DNA from: a virus | Lineage: Duplodnaviria > Caudoviricetes | Length of the DNA: 64,000 bases | Strand: one strand, 5' to 3' | IMG/VR virus record: IMGVR_UViG_3300024521_000001 | Coordinates: 32,001-96,000 of that record | Part shown: positions 55,991 to 63,831 of the stretch, one piece after another | How positions within the stretch are numbered: the stretch's first letter is position 1 | How the letters are laid out: the number at the start of each line of letters is the position of its first letter | The notes under the pieces: model-generated | The model's input: only the letters and a program-made list of their open reading frames with translations | Told to the model about the DNA's origin: nothing | Databases searched by the model: none | Program-made: the position numbers and the translations under genes

Positions 55991-56464
55991 CTATTTTCCG
56001 GTGAGTAGTTTCGGCATTTGCCCTGTTTCTCTCAGTTGGGTCAGTCCCGGGACCAGCTTTTCGCCCACGGTCACACCATCGGGTAGCATGATGTGGGCCA
56101 TGAACTCCTCTTGAAAGGTGCTGATCCCGGAATCTATTGCCTCCAGCTTTGCCTTGATCACCAGGGACAGGGCGCGCCACCGCTGCCGACAGGCTTGCTC
56201 CCAACGCTTATGGGCGGTATCCGCTGCCAGGGGCTTCCGCTGCCAATCGTTTACATGGCTGCTCATGGTAAATTCTTCGCTCTTTCGATCAGGCATGGGA
56301 AGGTTAAAGGCGATCTTGAGGTTCTCGATGGTGAACTGCACCAGGGCCTTGTCGTCCTCAAGCCAGAACCCGAACCCACTGGCCCCATATCGCTGAAGGG
56401 TCCGTTCGATTTCGTTTCGGGACTTCTCGCTTGAGACTTTGGTGTTGGAAGCATAACGGGCCAT
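55991..56464 (-). CDS. Conserved phage hypothetical protein
   Basis: YASNTKVSSEKSRNEIE..RQRWRAL.LVIKAKLEAI..FQEEFMAHI. Confidence 0.75.
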   Translation of the reverse strand: MARYASNTKVSSEKSRNEIERTLQRYGASGFGFWLEDDKALVQFTIENLKIAFNLPMPDRKSEEFTMSSHVNDWQRKPLAADTAHKRWEQACRQRWRALSLVIKAKLEAIDSGISTFQEEFMAHIMLPDGVTVGEKLVPGLTQLRETGQMPKLLTGK

Positions 56465-56763
56465 TACAGGTCCAGGTGTCTCAATACAGTTTCGTTCTGC
56501 ACAAGGATCACGCGCAGCTTTTGAACGACGGTGACCAACTGAACGGCCAGGGGGCTTTTACCGTGTACTTGTGTCGGCACAGGGGACAGTTCCTCTTTCT
56601 TTTCGATGGTAGGATTTCTCTCTCTGCTCACACCCTGGAGCCTCGTCTTGAAGGACTCAGATTGCTTCTCCAAGAGGTTGGCTGACTCATCGAGTTCCTT
56701 TACGCAAGTCTCGATAGAACTGACTTCTACTGCTCCTGCTATGTCTGATTCACTCAATCCCAT
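56464..56763 (-). CDS. Hypothetical coiled-coil protein
   Basis: Start re-called at MGLSES behind AAGGAG. Confidence 0.6.
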   Translation of the reverse strand: MGLSESDIAGAVEVSSIETCVKELDESANLLEKQSESFKTRLQGVSRERNPTIEKKEELSPVPTQVHGKSPLAVQLVTVVQKLRVILVQNETVLRHLDL

Positions 56764-56940
56764 ATCCACTCCTTTGAACGGTTTTGGCGTTATTCGGGGA
56801 GCCGCCGAACTCTCACCCCCGACGACTCCCCTACCTGTGAAGTCCCGGACACACGGCCTGCGTGAACAAGAACCGTGGACAGACTCCACCAGGGATACTA
56901 GCACAGACGGGTGTGTATGTCGTTAAAAGAATTTAAGAGG

Positions 56941-57012
56941 GGGATCATACGGGAATCGAACCCGTGTCACCTGATTGAGCGTCAGGTATCTTTGCCAGTT
57001 AGACCAGGACCC
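56941..57012 (-). tRNA. Atypical/degenerate tRNA-Glu(CTC)
   Basis: GGGTCCT-G-GTCT..AGAT-A-CCTGA CGCTCAA TCAGG-TGAC-ACGGG TTCGATT CCCGT-ATGATCC; lacks U8, has G33, one acceptor mismatch, no CCA. Confidence 0.65.
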
Positions 57013-57023
57013 CCCATGAAAAT

Positions 57024-57091
57024 AGTTGTCAATAAACCGACTCGAAGTTGTCAATAAACCGACTTCAAGTTGTCAATTATAATTGACAGCT
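57024..57091. repeat. 22-bp tandem repeat ending in a near-palindrome
   Basis: AGTTGTCAAT at 57024, 57046, 57068; AGTTGTCAATTATAATTGACAGCT. Confidence 0.85.
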
Positions 57092-57578
57092 AGGGCGTTG
57101 TTCTCAAACCACTGACAAACTTCCCAACGACCTCATCCACCTGGGGCCCATTCTCTCGAATGATGAAAGTGAGCGTAGTGGTTGTCCTCGGTTTACCCGG
57201 AACATCGGGTAGCGGTTCCAGCCAGATCAGCTCAAGTTCATCCGAGAACGCGCTTTCACCCCCGCTGCCATTCAAAGCTGTGATCCGATAGAAAGTGCTT
57301 TGCTCGAACACGACCGGACCTGGATCAGTCCAGGTGATGCAATCGGGTGTGCAGACGGTGAGCGGAGTATGAGGAACCGTCGCTACCTGGGTGAAGGCCA
57401 CGCAGTTTGCTGGACTCGGATTCGGGTCCGTGCATGAGGTAGAGGAACTGTACGCTCCATACGTTACCGTCACCCCATCTGTATTCGCGTCCCAAAAGAG
57501 CGGTGCGGGGAAAGTGATTTGGTCCGCTTGCCCCAACGCTGGACAGATAAAGAAAAGCAGAAGGAATAGCTTTCTCAT
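57090..57578 (-). CDS. Secreted fibronectin type III-like protein
   Basis: Signal peptide; WDANTD..Y..Y..WTD..YRITALN..GGESAFSDE. Confidence 0.7.
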   Translation of the reverse strand: MRKLFLLLFFICPALGQADQITFPAPLFWDANTDGVTVTYGAYSSSTSCTDPNPSPANCVAFTQVATVPHTPLTVCTPDCITWTDPGPVVFEQSTFYRITALNGSGGESAFSDELELIWLEPLPDVPGKPRTTTTLTFIIRENGPQVDEVVGKFVSGLRTTP

Positions 57579-57817
57579 ACGGTCCCTCCTGGGCCACCTG
57601 GACGAGTCTGCGTACCACCGGTGGTCGGTGTCGTCCGCTTCTCAATTTCCGACTTGATCACTTGAACCAGGCCCACAATGGCAGCACCAGCCGTACCGAT
57701 GCCGAGCCAGAGCTCAGGGGATAGAAAGATCCCCGCAGCCGTGAGTATGGTTGCCAAACCCTGGTAAGTGCTTGGCTCCTTGAGCCTCGCTGCAATCCAT
57801 TTCAGTAATCCTTCCAT
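57575..57817 (-). CDS. Holin-like membrane protein
   Basis: RLKEPSTYQGL and two TM segments. Confidence 0.7.
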   Translation of the reverse strand: MEGLLKWIAARLKEPSTYQGLATILTAAGIFLSPELWLGIGTAGAAIVGLVQVIKSEIEKRTTPTTGGTQTRPGGPGGTV

Positions 57818-57838
57818 GATTTACCTCCTTTTTGGTGG

Positions 57839-58858
57839 TTAATCTTTGTCTTCCTCTATTTTCCCTAGATCGTCAAGGTGTTTCTCGAAATCTGCCGCCG
57901 CTTTCTCGATGTGCTTGTCTATTTTTTCCCTCATTCCTTCAAGGACTCCCAATTTCTCAAGGGGAACTGAGGTCCGCTGCTTCACCCAGAGGTTCGTCGC
58001 AAAAGTTCTGTCCCGGATCCGGACCAGGATCTTTTCGGAGACCTCCGCGATCTGTCCATTTAAATCCCCTCCAAGCAGCGTCAGGCACAACCCCATGTTC
58101 GATGCAGCCCACTGTGCACACTCTGAGGGAAGCACGTCGGCCCTCATCCATTGGTGCAAGACGCAGATGGCCCGATCCTTGGCCTCCAGGTCCTGCGCCA
58201 CGCCATCCAGGACCTTCAGGGATTCTTCCATGTGGGGAGTCTGGTCTTTGATCGCCTTGGCGGTCTTATCGGCCTTCTCTTTACCTCCTCCAGTGGCTCC
58301 GTGCCAGACCTGTTCGGCAATGTTCGTCACGATCTCCACATCTGTTTTATATTTGTCGTTGGCCGTGTAGCAGACCACGCCGGCCAGCAGCCAGGCCAAG
58401 AAATCAGTGGCCGAATCGTAATCTTCCTTGTAGAGCCGGTTGGTGATGAAGAACAGCTGGATTCCGTACCTCTCCGTCTTCCACTCCCGGTGCAGCGTCA
58501 TGAACCTTTCCATGGATTCAATTCCCAACTGAAGCGACTTGGGCTCCGCGCACAGGATCACGCACCGGTCCCCTATCATTCGCTGAAGGAGGTCTTCCGC
58601 AATCGGACCCCCCCCGGCCGTACTCATGATCGAGGCCAGGGCCTTCGTGGATATGTCTTTTTTCGGAAGGGCGATCACTGGCGGTAGGCCTGTTACACGG
58701 TAGGACTTGGGCGGGTGAAGCATCAATTTGGATAATGCGCCTATGATCGCTGTGACAGGTAGGAAATCAATGATCAGAAGGAGCCAATGGTCCTTTGCAT
58801 CCAGGAGCGCGAACATCTCATCCAGGTCGTCGCTTGGAAGGAGGTCTTTCAGGTTCAT
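57839..58858 (-). CDS. Hypothetical protein
   Basis: 339-aa ORF filling the gap. Confidence 0.65.
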   Translation of the reverse strand: MNLKDLLPSDDLDEMFALLDAKDHWLLLIIDFLPVTAIIGALSKLMLHPPKSYRVTGLPPVIALPKKDISTKALASIMSTAGGGPIAEDLLQRMIGDRCVILCAEPKSLQLGIESMERFMTLHREWKTERYGIQLFFITNRLYKEDYDSATDFLAWLLAGVVCYTANDKYKTDVEIVTNIAEQVWHGATGGGKEKADKTAKAIKDQTPHMEESLKVLDGVAQDLEAKDRAICVLHQWMRADVLPSECAQWAASNMGLCLTLLGGDLNGQIAEVSEKILVRIRDRTFATNLWVKQRTSVPLEKLGVLEGMREKIDKHIEKAAADFEKHLDDLGKIEEDKD

Positions 58859-58859
58859 G

Positions 58860-58875
58860 GTACAGGCGTCTGTAC
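58860..58875. promoter_or_regulatory. 16-bp near-palindrome copy 5
   Basis: GTACAGGCGTCTGTAC fills the intergenic gap, abutting ATG 58858. Confidence 0.6.
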
Positions 58876-58879
58876 TGAA

Positions 58880-59158
58880 TTATACCTCGTCCTGACGATC
58901 GTCGAACCGATGGACGAGCGTATCAGACGAGATAGAGTCCTTGAGGTCCTTCGCCATTTCCTCCTCTGTGGTCACATAAAACACCACAATATGCTTCAAA
59001 TCCGTGAGTTCTCCGTGTTTGATGCCCCCCCCTGGCGATATCATTTCGTCCAGGTCGATCTTGATGGGTTTGCCTTCCTTGAGCAGTTCGACATTGCGCT
59101 CTGAGAGACCTATCCCAAGCATGTTACCGCTCTCGCTTTTCGCCAGGAACTTAATCAT
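58880..59158 (-). CDS. Conserved phage hypothetical protein
   Basis: GIGLSERNVELLKEGKPI..YVTTEEEM; start re-called. Confidence 0.65.
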   Translation of the reverse strand: MIKFLAKSESGNMLGIGLSERNVELLKEGKPIKIDLDEMISPGGGIKHGELTDLKHIVVFYVTTEEEMAKDLKDSISSDTLVHRFDDRQDEV

Positions 59159-59502
59159 TTGGCCCTTCCTATCCCAGACTCCTCGGCCCACTTCCTACCC
59201 ATTTCAAAGATCTCCTCATCGGATGGTAAGTCTTCAGCCGATTCCACTTTACCGAATATGTAATGCTCGCAGTCAAACAGTTTGTGGACCCGGATCATGG
59301 CTTCCGTTCCGTAGTAGCCACAGTAGTACCCCAGGTTCCCTTTCTCGATGCGCTCCGCTTCCTCTCGGCTGTTGTCGAAATGCTTCATGCTTCTTTCGAT
59401 GAGAGCTTCCAGATATTCCTTGGCCTTATCAGGATCGGTTATCTCCAGGGCAGGCTTGTAGCACTCTTCGGTTGTCATGTCTTTGGCTAAATTCATTGTC
59501 AA
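59155..59502 (-). CDS. Hypothetical protein
   Basis: NLGYYCGYY motif; coupled to neighbours. Confidence 0.65.
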   Translation of the reverse strand: MTMNLAKDMTTEECYKPALEITDPDKAKEYLEALIERSMKHFDNSREEAERIEKGNLGYYCGYYGTEAMIRVHKLFDCEHYIFGKVESAEDLPSDEEIFEMGRKWAEESGIGRAK

Positions 59503-59726
59503 CCTACCTCTTTCTTCGTCTGTTCAACCTCGATCTTGTCTATCGCGGTCTCGATCCAGCGCAGAGTGAGTTTGTTCGCTCGAGCGACTCTTTTGTTGGC
59601 ATACCGGAAGAGAGTCGTGTGGGATGGGCCTTCCTCGCCGTTGACGCGGTGCATTTCCCGGCACATCCTCTCCCAACTCCATTTGGTCCTTTTCTGTAGT
59701 CTGAGTAGCCTTCTCGTGATTTTCAT
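59499..59726 (-). CDS. Small HTH-like protein
   Basis: WSWERMCRE..PSHTTLFRY. Confidence 0.55.
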   Translation of the reverse strand: MKITRRLLRLQKRTKWSWERMCREMHRVNGEEGPSHTTLFRYANKRVARANKLTLRWIETAIDKIEVEQTKKEVG

Positions 59727-59751
59727 TCCCTATCCCTCTCAGCTAAGCGGT

Positions 59752-60060
59752 CTAACATTCCCCTCTCCCCTTCGACTCAATCTGAATCCGGATCACTTCT
59801 ACAGCGCACTTGGAGCAAGCGACGACAAGATACTCATTGCCGTACTCAAAGCTGACGGATAGCCCTTCGTAGTCGTGGCAGCGGGCATGAAGGAACAGAG
59901 GGCCAGCGTGTTTGTGATCGCAGCCAGGGGATTGACAGCCCTGGGCAGCGGCGTTCTCCAGATCTTCCAAATAAGCGACTTTCACCCGTGTATTCCCATT
60001 TTTACCAACCAGGGAAAGCCAGCTTTTACCCATATTTGCCAGCTTTCCCCGCACAAACAC
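59752..60060 (-). CDS. Cys/His-rich hypothetical protein
   Basis: CQSPGCDH..LFLHARCH..CSKC; start uncertain. Confidence 0.55.
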   Translation of the reverse strand: MFVRGKLANMGKSWLSLVGKNGNTRVKVAYLEDLENAAAQGCQSPGCDHKHAGPLFLHARCHDYEGLSVSFEYGNEYLVVACSKCAVEVIRIQIESKGRGEC

Positions 60061-60118
60061 CCATTTTTACCCATATATGCCAACAATCCGCCGATTATCA
60101 CAATAAAGTGATATTCCC

Positions 60119-60376
60119 CTAGAACGGCGGGTCCGGTTCATCCGGTTCCTCCTCGTCGACAGCTGGCCCCCCCTCGTAAACGACAATCCCTTCATCCAGG
60201 CTGTCGGCTATCCGCTCCAGCTGCAGGATCTGTTCCACCATCAACTGAGTGAAAGAGTCTGGGCCATCCTTGTCTACCAAGAGAGTCAATCGTTCTTTCA
60301 ATTCCATAGCTTCCTCCGGTTTAATTTTTGAACGCCTGACAAACTCATCAACATACCGTTGAATGCCGAGCTTCAT
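60119..60376 (-). CDS. Hypothetical protein
   Basis: Start re-called at ATGA overlap. Confidence 0.55.
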   Translation of the reverse strand: MKLGIQRYVDEFVRRSKIKPEEAMELKERLTLLVDKDGPDSFTQLMVEQILQLERIADSLDEGIVVYEGGPAVDEEEPDEPDPPF

Positions 60377-60591
60377 GGGTCGATCACTTCGAGCTTGTCC
60401 GGATCCCCCGTCATTGGGCGACCCCACCCGTCATAGTAACCTTCCTTGGTGAAAAAATACTCCGTCCCGTTGGCGCATTTGATCTTGTCCAGGTGCTTCC
60501 CCTCCGTCACTTCCACTGGCAACTCCAGCCGAATTTTCTTGCACTTCCCATCCTCATAGACCACCACCAGGAACATTTCAAATATCCCCAA
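60373..60591 (-). CDS. Hypothetical protein
   Basis: YFFTKEGYYDGW; start uncertain. Confidence 0.55.
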   Translation of the reverse strand: MGIFEMFLVVVYEDGKCKKIRLELPVEVTEGKHLDKIKCANGTEYFFTKEGYYDGWGRPMTGDPDKLEVIDP

Positions 60592-60706
60592 TCCGCATTT
60601 TAATATCCGATTTCGGTGTTTTAATATCAGGTGAAGGACACCAAATCCCCGCGCCCGAGAGAACCAGCAGAAGGAACCACAAGAGCAGAGTGATGTTGAT
60701 TCTCAT
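60578..60706 (-). CDS. Small membrane peptide
   Basis: MRINITLLLWFLLLVLSGAG; ATGA overlap. Confidence 0.4.
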   Translation of the reverse strand: MRINITLLLWFLLLVLSGAGIWCPSPDIKTPKSDIKMRIGDI

Positions 60707-60939
60707 TGCTTCTTGACTTTGGTTTCCATCGTGAACACTGGAACTGGCGTCCCATCCCACATCACAAAATACCCGTACCGACAGCCCAGGACCGGATCAT
60801 CCAGCGGTCCCATGCTCCCCACGATCTTTCCTCGCTGGCCATCAGGGTGACCGTCTTTCGGTTGAGAGTTTTGCTTCTCTACCAGCGTCCCGTTCGGCAT
60901 GGCCCCCTCTGCTTCCTCGTTCGAAAATACGAAGCTCAT
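60703..60939 (-). CDS. Hypothetical SH3-like protein
   Basis: PNGTLVEK..DGHPDGQRGKIVGS..YGYFVMWD; start re-called. Confidence 0.6.
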   Translation of the reverse strand: MSFVFSNEEAEGAMPNGTLVEKQNSQPKDGHPDGQRGKIVGSMGPLDDPVLGCRYGYFVMWDGTPVPVFTMETKVKKQ

Positions 60940-61130
60940 TCGTGCGGTCCTGTCGGGTTCTCCCTCTGCTCGTTGGCCCACTTCAGAAATGCGACCATTT
61001 CGCATTCCGAAGGAATCCCCCCGGTGTGTTCGATCCAGTCTGCCAGCAATTCATCCAGCATCCGGTGTAGATACTTGTGTCGCTTTTTGTGGGATTCCAG
61101 ATCTGTGACAGGTAAGTATTCGTGTTCCAT
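60936..61130 (-). CDS. Hypothetical protein
   Basis: HKKRHKYLHRMLDELLADWI. Confidence 0.6.
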   Translation of the reverse strand: MEHEYLPVTDLESHKKRHKYLHRMLDELLADWIEHTGGIPSECEMVAFLKWANEQRENPTGPHE

Positions 61131-61151
61131 CCCTATCCCAATGTTTCCGCT

Positions 61152-61627
61152 CTAACATTCCCTGAGTAGGTCCCTCACTGAATCGCCCCGGCCCCGCCCA
61201 CATTGAGGGGTATGGTTGGGGTTTAACCCGCGCGAGGCCCAGGGCGAACTTAAATCATCTGCGCTGCGTATGCTAACAATCCCCAATCAAGAAACGTACT
61301 TCAGTTCCTCGAACTGCTCGAAGATCGCCCTCGCTATCTTCTCAGGCAGCTTCGATCCGTTGTCCAAAGTGAATTTCTCATCATGCGAGATCGACTGGCC
61401 CTGCACCGCTGCACAGTAAGCCGACCACGCTCCCTCGATCCGCGTCCGCGCTACCACCATCACGTTCGGTCCCAAGCTGTACCTCGCTATCACTGGCTTA
61501 AATTCGGAGCCTGTAACTTCACTCGTTTCAACCATTCTTTCACTCCTTTCAGTTCCTCTCTCGTGCTAACATTTCCCCGGAAGCCTACTGCCTAACATTC
61601 CCCGCATGACAAACAACTAACATTCCC
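61152..61627. repeat. Dispersed CTAACATTCCC motifs
   Basis: Copies at 61152, 61273 (1 mismatch), 61566 (extra T), 61592, 61617; also 59752. Confidence 0.7.
61287..61535 (-). CDS. Hypothetical protein (first leftward gene)
   Basis: WSAYCAAVQG..GSKLPEKIARAIF; AGGAG RBS. Confidence 0.65.
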   Translation of the reverse strand: MVETSEVTGSEFKPVIARYSLGPNVMVVARTRIEGAWSAYCAAVQGQSISHDEKFTLDNGSKLPEKIARAIFEQFEELKYVS

Positions 61628-61926
61628 TTGATTAAATAACCGCCCTGGCCGATCCTTTCGGAACACCCCATTGTCAAAGACCAAGGAGCGATCCACGACC
61701 AGGGCGAAAAAGAGATGTTCTTATGACTCGCGCAGTTTCCCTTTCAGGCTCGGAGTCAAGCACACACCCCAGGAAGCGCAGAAAGAGGATAACACGTCCA
61801 GGTGTGTATGTGTAGGTCAAAGCGGAGAGAAAAAAAATAAAATTACTGATACGCGGTTACAGGGTAAGCATAGAGCATGGAGTTAGGGACTCCTGCTCCG
61901 CTGGAGGATTCCGAGGATTCGGACCC

Positions 61927-62026
61927 CTTCCTTACTCCCTTCCTTCCTTCTTTCTTCGGTCTGGTCTGGTCGGCCTGGTCTGGGTGGTGGTGGTCTGGTC
62001 TGGCTGGTCTGGTCTGGTGGACTGGC
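61927..62026. repeat. Low-complexity tract: pyrimidine run plus (GGTCT)n
   Basis: TTCC/TTTC run followed by about 10 degenerate GGTCT/CTGGT units. Confidence 0.7.
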
Positions 62027-62305
62027 CGATGGTGAGCCGCCGACAAATATGCTCCCCGCGTCACCGGCCAGTCCGTTTCGTTTGAGCGTGAACCATCCTA
62101 TACTATCCCCTTGCCTACTTCGAGTAAACGCTGTCACGGCCATCCTCGTCGCATCTATTCGTGAGATCGGTGTCCCGTAGACTCCTGACTACGGGACAGG
62201 CCAATTCGAGGATTTGACCGCTGGTTCCACTGGCTTGTGGCCTGCACATTCTCAAGGGTTTGCGGGACACCATCGAGCGAAATCGAGCGGCCAGTCATTT
62301 GGACG

Positions 62306-62335
62306 TTGACCATGGTCATACGATCATGGTAATAT
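62306..62335 (+). promoter_or_regulatory. Sigma70-like early promoter with overlapping inverted repeat
   Basis: TTGACC-18-TAATAT with TG extension; TGACCATGGTCA palindrome. Confidence 0.55.
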
Positions 62336-62359
62336 GAATATAAGAAAGGATAGGGAAAT

Positions 62360-62542
62360 ATGAGAACACCAAAAGACCAGCAAGTTTCAACACTCCACAC
62401 CGAGCGAATCACCAAGGCAATCAAAGCCGAGCCAGTCACTGAGGAGGAGATTGATATCTTCGCTCAGTATGCTCCGCACCAAGTCGAGAGCCACTGGGAT
62501 GCTATCGCCAATCACATCTACACCATGGGTTTAGGGGAATAG
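62360..62542 (+). CDS. Early hypothetical protein
   Basis: First gene after promoter; GGATAGGGA upstream. Confidence 0.6.
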   Translation: MRTPKDQQVSTLHTERITKAIKAEPVTEEEIDIFAQYAPHQVESHWDAIANHIYTMGLGE

Positions 62543-62619
62543 TTCCCCCCCCCTGGTTCGTGTTTTCCTCTACCTGGACACGGACCCGGCTGCAAGGTAG
62601 GGAGAAGGATAGGGAATCC

Positions 62620-62883
62620 ATGTTTGACGAAAGCCTAGACAAAGAAATCGCAACCAAGGAAGTCTACTCCGTGGGTGGGGTCAGATTGACGGTCGGGATT
62701 TACCAGTACAACGGAAGCACACCCAAGGTCCAGATCAAAAGAGAACGCAACACCAAGAACGGTTCTTGGAAGTTTGCCAAGCTGGGCAGACTGACAGCCG
62801 ACGAGGTGAGACAGGTCACCACTGGCTTACAGTGGGCAGCCGAAACGCTGGACACAATGGACGGAGAAGGGAGCCAAGTATGA
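62620..62883 (+). CDS. PC4-like ssDNA-binding protein
   Basis: LTVGIYQYNGSTPKVQI.R..WKFAKLGRLT; start re-called. Confidence 0.65.
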   Translation: MFDESLDKEIATKEVYSVGGVRLTVGIYQYNGSTPKVQIKRERNTKNGSWKFAKLGRLTADEVRQVTTGLQWAAETLDTMDGEGSQV

Positions 62884-63173
62884 AAAACCAGTACGCAGTT
62901 ACACCGGCACAAATGAGGGAGAAGTTAGCTCCCATGTATCGGGATGCAATGGCAGTTCAGGACGCGTGTAATCTTTCGGGAGTCGTTTCCTCGTTTGCTC
63001 GTCACATGCACACGCTATGCGAAATGGGATTCGATACGGACCAGAGGAACCGGCATCCGGTTAGCATTCTCTTCTCCAGCAAGATCGCCAGTCTGACAGG
63101 GAGCGAGTCACTGACTGCATTCTCCGAAGCGTACGAACGTGCAACGGAAGTAAATGAAGGGAGCCAAGTATGA
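62880..63173 (+). CDS. Early hypothetical protein
   Basis: ATGA junction; VQDACNLSGVVSSF..NRHP. Confidence 0.7.
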   Translation: MKNQYAVTPAQMREKLAPMYRDAMAVQDACNLSGVVSSFARHMHTLCEMGFDTDQRNRHPVSILFSSKIASLTGSESLTAFSEAYERATEVNEGSQV

Positions 63174-63409
63174 AAGCACCAGCAATCCAGTTTGCCAAGA
63201 TCCCCAACAATATCATCGGTCATTTGTTCCTTTGGGTTTTACGTCGATGGTTAAACAGTGACCGCTACTCACTCGTGACCAGAGGAAGAAAACCCAGACG
63301 TGTTATCCGCTACTCCTATGACGTGCCAAAGGCGAACGCGCAACAGTTGGGAATCTACATCGTTGACCGATGGGAGAACAAGATGAGGATGGAAGGGAGC
63401 CGAGTATGA
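63170..63409 (+). CDS. Early hypothetical protein
   Basis: ATGA junctions at both ends. Confidence 0.65.
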   Translation: MKAPAIQFAKIPNNIIGHLFLWVLRRWLNSDRYSLVTRGRKPRRVIRYSYDVPKANAQQLGIYIVDRWENKMRMEGSRV

Positions 63410-63831
63410 TCCAAGCGAATTTTGTGAACGATCAACACATCACACCAGACGACAGGGACCACGATATTCTGACCGCTCGTGTCTACCAGTGGGACAAAAG
63501 AGAAGGCGCAAGGGTAGGGGATTATATCGAGTTTGCCGATGGTGTCACACACCGATTCTCACACGATTGGGGTAAGGAGGAGGGGATGGGAATCCAGACC
63601 AGTCCCATCGGAGGTAGCTTCTACTTCGGTGACGGTTACCTGAGTTATTCGGGTGGACTGGAGCCTTGCATCCAACACGATCAACTGGAAGACACCGGAG
63701 AGCAGCGGTTAGGATCGGTCTGGTTCTTCCATCGTGATTACCACACGGCCCACAATGGAATCAATGCGGTGATCCCTTGCAGAGTGTTCAAGACTTCGGC
63801 CAATAGCGACCACTGGAAGGGAGGAGAATGA
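63406..63831 (+). CDS. Conserved hypothetical protein of mobile elements
   Basis: RVGDY..QTS..GGSFY..SGGL..WFFH..AHNG..IPCRVF. Confidence 0.7.
   Translation: MIQANFVNDQHITPDDRDHDILTARVYQWDKREGARVGDYIEFADGVTHRFSHDWGKEEGMGIQTSPIGGSFYFGDGYLSYSGGLEPCIQHDQLEDTGEQRLGSVWFFHRDYHTAHNGINAVIPCRVFKTSANSDHWKGGE

Noticed and set aside
56941-57012. tRNA as UGA suppressor or tRNA-Sec (loop contains TCA)
   Set aside because: TCA is out of register (centred anticodon is CTC), there is no long variable arm, and the body matches tRNA-Glu
57024-57091. CRISPR mini-array
   Set aside because: No unique spacers, 22-bp period, no cas genes
67-61419. Numerous plus-strand ORFs in the track
   Set aside because: Antisense shadows of densely packed minus-strand genes; no RBS or recognisable motifs
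62306-62324. Sixth 7-bp-spacer motif (TTGACC-N7-TACGAT)
   Set aside because: Explained equally well by a canonical extended -10 at 18 bp; not counted
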